DNA of 40,233 nt from a phage. The notes under the pieces were generated by a model. That model was not told where the DNA came from. It made no database searches and worked only from the letters and a program-made list of their open reading frames with translations. The position numbers and the translations under genes were made by a program. Shown here in pieces: positions 35,502-40,233 of this stretch (position 1 is its first letter; every line of letters starts with the position of its first letter). The stretch lies in sequence record PZ445540.1. One strand, written 5' to 3'.

Positions 35502-35543
35502 GTGGCCATTACAAAGCTCACCTGCTGGTGGGCTTGATAATGG

Positions 35544-35592
35544 TTATCCCCTCTAAGGGATAAAGCACTGAATATCCCTTCTAAAGGATAAA
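35544..35592. promoter_or_regulatory. two tandem 22-bp palindromic elements
   Basis: TTATCCCctctaaGGGATAA and ATATCCCttctaaaGGATAAAT, 27 bp centre to centre; the second ends 4 nt before ATG 35595. Confidence 0.45.
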
Positions 35593-35594
35593 TA

Positions 35595-35789
35595 ATGAAA
35601 AACATACCAATGTCCGTTCATCACGAAGGTAAAGACTGGTATCCGTTCAGTGTGAACTTCTCAGATAATGAAGGACGTCAGTTCTCTTTCACCATCTACG
35701 CCATAAGCCGCGAGCACGCCTCCTACGTTGTACAGGAGATACGGGAAACGGCAACACTCGGTGATCAGTTAGTAAGCATCACCAAATAG
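35595..35789 (+). CDS. hypothetical protein
   Basis: 64 aa ORF immediately after the tandem palindromes. Confidence 0.4.
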   Translation: MKNIPMSVHHEGKDWYPFSVNFSDNEGRQFSFTIYAISREHASYVVQEIRETATLGDQLVSITK

Positions 35790-35910
35790 ACAACTCTATG
35801 CGCATCGCACGCGCACATCTAAGAAAGTCTTTCAGCTGTGAGCCTGGGCAAACCGTTAACTTTCGGCGGCTTTGCCGTGCGACAGGCTCACGCCTAAAAG
35901 GAAATAAATC

Positions 35911-36462
35911 ATGGGTCAGAAAATCATTACGTTGTCCGGCGCTGCGACGGATGTTCTTTATGCGCTGTTTTTCCGTGGCGCGCTTCAGTCTGGTGACCTG
36001 CCAGCTAAATCTGGTGCTGCTGAGCTTCGGGAGCTGGGATTCGCTGAAACACGCCATACCGCGACGGAGTATCAAAAGGAAAATTATTTCACCTTCCTGA
36101 CTGCTGAAGGGCAGGAGTTTGCTATTAAGCACATGGTAAATACGCGCTTTGGTGTACCTACCGGTGGTTATATCGGCTCACCTGTAGATAAGCCGGGGGG
36201 AGATATCCGTTGCTGTTGCCCAATAGAAGGCATTAGCTGGGGCTGGTTTGTCGATAAATCCGGACAGGCATACATCCACAAGGCGCTGATCGGCGATGGC
36301 GTATTGTCTACGAGTTATAACGTGAAGATTAATGCTGACGAAAAAGGAAAAGCGCCAGAGACAGCCTTACAGCAGGCCATTAAAAAGGTTGTGGACGAAA
36401 CTGTGCAACAAGCAATGCAGCCAGGCGGCAAGATCTGGAATTCCTTGAAGCGTAGATTCTGA
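35911..36462 (+). CDS. hypothetical protein
   Basis: 183 aa; RBS AAGGA; 'CCCP' motif; directly upstream of the glycosyltransferase. Confidence 0.45.
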   Translation: MGQKIITLSGAATDVLYALFFRGALQSGDLPAKSGAAELRELGFAETRHTATEYQKENYFTFLTAEGQEFAIKHMVNTRFGVPTGGYIGSPVDKPGGDIRCCCPIEGISWGWFVDKSGQAYIHKALIGDGVLSTSYNVKINADEKGKAPETALQQAIKKVVDETVQQAMQPGGKIWNSLKRRF

Positions 36463-36473
36463 CGGGAGGTTTT

Positions 36474-37931
36474 ATGCAGGTCACTATTGATGGTGTCCCA
36501 TACGCTCCCGCCAGCGTCGTTTCATCACGGATCGGCATTGCCATTTCGACGCATCAGCGTGCAGACGTTTTAAAACGAGCACTCGAACAGCACATGAAGC
36601 ATCTTCCCGCCGGCGCGCTGGTGGTGGTTGTCGATGATGGTTCAAAACCTGCAGCGGTAGTTCCCCACGGCGTGCAGCTGCTTCGCCATGAAACATCACT
36701 CGGCATTGTTGCTTCGAAGAACACCAGTCTGTCAGCCTTGATGGATGCCGGGTGCGAGCATCTTTTTCTGTGGGATGATGATGCCTGGCCGATTGCTGAT
36801 AACTGGCACCTGCCTTACATCGAATCACCCGAGCCACACCTGGCTTACCAGTTTCTCGATCTTGCTGGCACGAACAAGCTGAATGACCTTTCGGTGCTTT
36901 ACCGTGACGATCAGCATGTGGCGTACACCGGGCAGCGCGGCGTGATGCTTTATTACCACCGCAGCGCCATCGAGAAGGTAGGCGGATTCGATCCGGTTTA
37001 TGGCCGGGGCATGTATGAGCACAGCGACCTCGCCTTGCGCATCCATAACGCAGGACTGACTACGTGGGCTTACGCTGATGTCCTCGGTTCAGAAAAGCTG
37101 ATTCATTCCCTTGATGAGCATGAAGCCGTAGAGCGTTCGGTACCGAAACCAGATCGACAGGCGCTGGTAGAACGTAACGTTAAAATCCATAACGAACGGC
37201 GCGATGCCGGGTTTACCGGTTCCGTGGATTATCGGCGGCAGCGCGACGTGGTTATCACTACTCTGCTGACCAGCCAGTCAGATCCGCAGCGCGGTACGAA
37301 AATGTCCGCCGCACCTGACATGCTGACCCGTTGGGCTTCCTCGCTTCGGAATTGTGGTCGTATCGCGCTGGTGGATGAACTGCAGACGGCACCGGCAGAC
37401 GTTGAGCTGTATCGCGTTCCTGACGTGAAGATGAATGTCTACTTCCGGCGATGGCTGCATATCTGGCAGCACCTGCGTGATCATCCTGAATACCGGTTCG
37501 TCTGGTGTACCGATGGTACAGATGTCGAAATGCTCCGCGCACCGTGGGAAGAAATGCAGCCCGGTACTGTTTACGTCGGTTCTGAACCGAAGACCTACGC
37601 CGACACCTGGGCAAAGCAGAATCATCCTGAGCGTATCTATCAGGAGTTCATCGAAGCGCACCGCAACGATGTGATGCTAAACGCTGGTCTGCTGGGTGGT
37701 ACCCGCGCTGATGTAATGGCGTTTGCCCACGGCATCATCCGTCTTTACTACCGGATCGAGAGTTATCGTTTCTGGAAGAAAGAACAGGCTGGCGCCGCGG
37801 TGGGGGATATGATCGCTTTTGGCATTGTTGCTAAGTCTTTTGGCGATCGCATTGTCACCGGACCGCGCATCCATACAGTGTTTAAGTCAGAAGGAATCGG
37901 TAAAGAGTACGCATGGTTCAAACATAAGTAA
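36474..37931 (+). CDS. glycosyltransferase (family 2-like GT-A N-terminal domain + unknown C-terminal domain)
   Basis: 485 aa; 'GIAISTHQR...LVVVVDDGS' nucleotide-sugar-binding motif and 'FLWDDDAWP' DxD-like motif; no TM segment. Confidence 0.7.
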   Translation: MQVTIDGVPYAPASVVSSRIGIAISTHQRADVLKRALEQHMKHLPAGALVVVVDDGSKPAAVVPHGVQLLRHETSLGIVASKNTSLSALMDAGCEHLFLWDDDAWPIADNWHLPYIESPEPHLAYQFLDLAGTNKLNDLSVLYRDDQHVAYTGQRGVMLYYHRSAIEKVGGFDPVYGRGMYEHSDLALRIHNAGLTTWAYADVLGSEKLIHSLDEHEAVERSVPKPDRQALVERNVKIHNERRDAGFTGSVDYRRQRDVVITTLLTSQSDPQRGTKMSAAPDMLTRWASSLRNCGRIALVDELQTAPADVELYRVPDVKMNVYFRRWLHIWQHLRDHPEYRFVWCTDGTDVEMLRAPWEEMQPGTVYVGSEPKTYADTWAKQNHPERIYQEFIEAHRNDVMLNAGLLGGTRADVMAFAHGIIRLYYRIESYRFWKKEQAGAAVGDMIAFGIVAKSFGDRIVTGPRIHTVFKSEGIGKEYAWFKHK

Positions 37932-37944
37932 GAGAGGAAATTAT

Positions 37945-38095
37945 GGTAAGCAAAACACTAGTTAAGAGTAAAAGCGGCAACAAATCTAGTTGCCGCAGCC
38001 AAGAATTTTTCAGAGTGCCTACAGGTAAGATATTTATATCTTCTGCAAGTATTGAAAAATTAGTTTGTTTTTACGGAGTCAAGAATCTTCAGTAA
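37945..38095 (+). CDS. small ORF (50 aa) in AT-rich island
   Basis: Hand-translated MVSKTLVKSKSGNKSSCRSQEFFRVPTGKIFISSASIEKLVCFYGVKNLQ; RBS AGAGGAAA; 3' end overlaps the convergent minus-strand ORF. Confidence 0.2.
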
Positions 38096-38299
38096 AGCTT
38101 CTTTTGCATGAGTGTGAGCCTCAACCATCGACGGGTCACTAACAGAAGTTGATTTAATAAAGTTTGCAATAACTTCTTTGTTGTTTGAGCCAACAACAAA
38201 TGCGCTGAATGTCTGAGCAAGCAGTTCTGTCAGCGCGTAATTTTTGCGTAAAACGTCATCAATCCGTTCAAACTGTTCTGAAACGCTATATCCACTCAT
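38060..38299 (-). CDS. hypothetical protein (AT-rich island, opposite strand)
   Basis: 79 aa ORF on the minus strand inside an otherwise + strand late operon; low GC. Confidence 0.35.
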   Translation of the reverse strand: MSGYSVSEQFERIDDVLRKNYALTELLAQTFSAFVVGSNNKEVIANFIKSTSVSDPSMVEAHTHAKEALLKILDSVKTN

Positions 38300-38429
38300 T
38301 TCCTTTCCTTCGTCAGAGGTAATCAGCCATCACTCTGCACATGTGTGCGCCAGTGTCCCACCACTGACGGGCTGAGTGCTTACCTTAACCAGGGTTAAAG
38401 CGAAGTAACACCCTGATATTCAGACAGTA

Positions 38430-38452
38430 GCCGCCATCGTGCGGCTTTTTTA
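38430..38452 (+). terminator. intrinsic terminator immediately upstream of the second glycosyltransferase-like gene
   Basis: gccgccatcgtgcggc followed by TTTTTTATT; the RBS GGAG and a GTG start follow within 20 nt. Confidence 0.55.
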
Positions 38453-38466
38453 TTGGAGATTTGCTG

Positions 38467-39054
38467 GTGGCTGAAAACATAAAGTTTGTGGTGGTCGGTC
38501 ATCACGCCAGACGGCAGCAGGCTGAGGCGTTGGCCTCGGCTATAGGCGCACATTTGCTGATTGATGACGGTAACCACGGCGCGAACTGGAATCACCGACG
38601 CGCGCTTGAGTGGGCAGCAGAGCAAACATGCAGGGTGGTAGTGTTGGAAGACGACGCACTGCCGGTACATGGATTCACCGAAAAGGTAACTGACTGGTTG
38701 GCTCGCTTCCCTGACGACATGCTGAGCTTTTATCTCGGTACCGGCCGACCGCCGCAGTATCAGAAAGAGATTGCCGGAATGCTGGTGGATTCGGATCGCG
38801 TCTGTGGTGACCACATCGTAATAAGCAAGCTGATTCACGGCGTATGTTATAGCCCTCCTCGGGGAAGTTTGGCGCGCATGCTCAGCACATGGAACAAAAC
38901 GCTTGCAGCTGATTACGCCGTCGGTGAGGCCTTCGGTGGCCGGGTGATTTATCCGTGTTACTCGCTGGTGGATCACGCTGACCTCCAGACGGTTGAACGT
39001 CACCCTGACAACGAGCCGAGGACAGAACGCCGCCGCGCATGGAGGCTGGCATGA
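38467..39054 (+). CDS. glycosyltransferase family 25-like protein
   Basis: Start tentatively GTG 38467 (RBS GGAG 8 nt upstream), ~195 aa; 'HGANWNHRRALEW...CRVVVLEDDALP...FYLG' resembles the GT25 (LPS/LOS glycosyltransferase) pattern. Confidence 0.5.
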   Translation: MAENIKFVVVGHHARRQQAEALASAIGAHLLIDDGNHGANWNHRRALEWAAEQTCRVVVLEDDALPVHGFTEKVTDWLARFPDDMLSFYLGTGRPPQYQKEIAGMLVDSDRVCGDHIVISKLIHGVCYSPPRGSLARMLSTWNKTLAADYAVGEAFGGRVIYPCYSLVDHADLQTVERHPDNEPRTERRRAWRLA

Positions 39055-39392
39055 ACAAAGAGCCCCGCGTATATGGCAGCCGATGGGATAAGGCCCGCCT
39101 GCGTTTCCTGCAGCAGCACCCACTATGTGTGATGTGCGAGCAGCAGGGGCGCATAACCCCAGCAACGGTGGTTGACCATATAGAGCCCCACAAACTCAAA
39201 GATGCGCTTAAGTCAGGCAATGCTGAGGCAATCGCCAAAGCTCAGTACCAGTTCTGGAATAAAGCCAACTGGCAGGCACTGTGCAAAGCGCACCATGACT
39301 CAACTAAGCAGAGAATGGAGAAGAGCGGCACAGTCATAGGCTGTGATGCCAACGGCTACCCGCTCGATCCTGCGTCTCACTGGAGTAAGTAA
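39051..39392 (+). CDS. HNH endonuclease (packaging-associated)
   Basis: ATG 39051 overlaps the upstream stop; CxxC...'VDHIEPHK'...'CKAHHD' HNH motifs; adjacent to TerS as in cos-type phages. Confidence 0.85.
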   Translation: MNKEPRVYGSRWDKARLRFLQQHPLCVMCEQQGRITPATVVDHIEPHKLKDALKSGNAEAIAKAQYQFWNKANWQALCKAHHDSTKQRMEKSGTVIGCDANGYPLDPASHWSK

Positions 39393-39592
39393 TGACACAA
39401 GACCAGCAAACCATTCTGATTTTTAAGGGCCTGATTGCCTCACTGCCTGAAGAAACCCAGGAGAAAGTTAAACATGCTGAGAATGCTATTCGCCAGGTGA
39501 TGACCGATTACCCTGATGGTGAGGCGGTGATTGCACTGGGTCTGGTTGGTGCCGAGCTGCAATGCGATGGCCACGAACATGTGAACAAGTGA
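39392..39592 (+). CDS. hypothetical protein
   Basis: 66 aa ORF whose ATG overlaps the HNH stop (TAATG). Confidence 0.4.
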   Translation: MTQDQQTILIFKGLIASLPEETQEKVKHAENAIRQVMTDYPDGEAVIALGLVGAELQCDGHEHVNK

Positions 39593-39741
39593 AATCATTT
39601 CATTTGCAACCATATCAAATGAGAATGAATAGCATCATGGGTAGGGGGGGATCAAATCTTCAAAACCTTTGCCCCAAATGACCGCCGCCAAAGTTTGATT
39701 TTAACGCTAACCCGATTTTTTTAGTTTTAAGGTGTTGACAT
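39593..39741. other. candidate cos / packaging-initiation region
   Basis: Non-coding stretch between the HNH gene and TerS with a G-run (gggtaggggggg) and a GC-rich gaccgccgcc segment. Confidence 0.3.
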
Positions 39742-40227
39742 ATGGCAGATAAACGAACCCGTTCCGACAGTTCGGCGGCAGCGGTTCAGGCCATGAAAAA
39801 TGCAGCAGTGGACACCATCGATCCTCCGTCCCATGCAGGTTTGGAGAAAAAAGCCGAACCATTCTGGCATGACAATATCAGATCGAAAGCTCTGGACAGC
39901 TGGACGCCAGCCGACCTTTTGGCCGCCGTAGAACTGGCAAATAATCAGCTCTATATCACCGTTTTACGCAAGGATTTGCGCAAAGAAGAGCGAATTCGCG
40001 GAGAGGGCCGTGACGAAGGGCTTATCAAAGACCTACGCAAGCAGATTGTTGAGCTGCAGCGAACTATTCTGGCTCAGCGCCGTGACCTCCAGATCCATTC
40101 CCACGCAACCAACGGCGAAAGCCGCGACCAGAAGAAACGCAATCAGAATGATCGTGATGCACGAAATACCAAAAACGAGCATCAGGACCAGGACGACAAC
40201 CTGATCGCCTTTCCCAAGCACGGATAA
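39742..40227 (+). CDS. terminase small subunit (P27-family-like)
   Basis: 161 aa; N-terminus and charged C-terminal tail resemble P27-type TerS; stop lies 6 nt before the TerL ATG at position 1 if the window is circularly joined. Confidence 0.7.
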   Translation: MADKRTRSDSSAAAVQAMKNAAVDTIDPPSHAGLEKKAEPFWHDNIRSKALDSWTPADLLAAVELANNQLYITVLRKDLRKEERIRGEGRDEGLIKDLRKQIVELQRTILAQRRDLQIHSHATNGESRDQKKRNQNDRDARNTKNEHQDQDDNLIAFPKHG

Positions 40228-40233
40228 AAGACT

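Noticed and set aside
35779-36132. 117-aa minus-strand ORF and 100-aa plus-strand ORF (35798-36100)
   Set aside because: Both overlap the better-supported 35911-36462 gene and the intergenic hairpin; neither has a convincing RBS.

Overview
The window reads as a complete, or nearly complete, ~40.2 kb lambdoid / HK97-like siphophage genome from an enterobacterial host, rotated so that it starts at the large terminase gene. All calls are from reading the ORF translations and the DNA by eye; no database search or structure prediction was run. Gene order on the + strand is TerL, portal, prohead protease, major capsid, connectors, major tail, chaperones, tape measure, M/L/K/I/J-like tail tip proteins and a tail fibre. 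A minus-strand block follows with a DinI-like gene, integrase, excisionase and the early-left operon (Lar-like anti-restriction, antirepressor, several unknowns), ending at the cI repressor. Back on the + strand are cro, a replication initiator with internal iteron-like repeats, a primase-helicase, a Cys-rich Q-position protein, a 650-bp noncoding late-regulatory region, the lysis cassette, an accessory cluster with two predicted glycosyltransferases, an HNH endonuclease and TerS. The strongest candidate for an undescribed system is that glycosyltransferase cluster inside the late operon (35595-39054). Other leads are an AT-rich two-gene cassette at the head of the pL operon, several AT-rich morons inside the tail module (secreted protein, two lipoproteins), and the structured noncoding region upstream of the holin. 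No CRISPR array, tRNA or rRNA was found.
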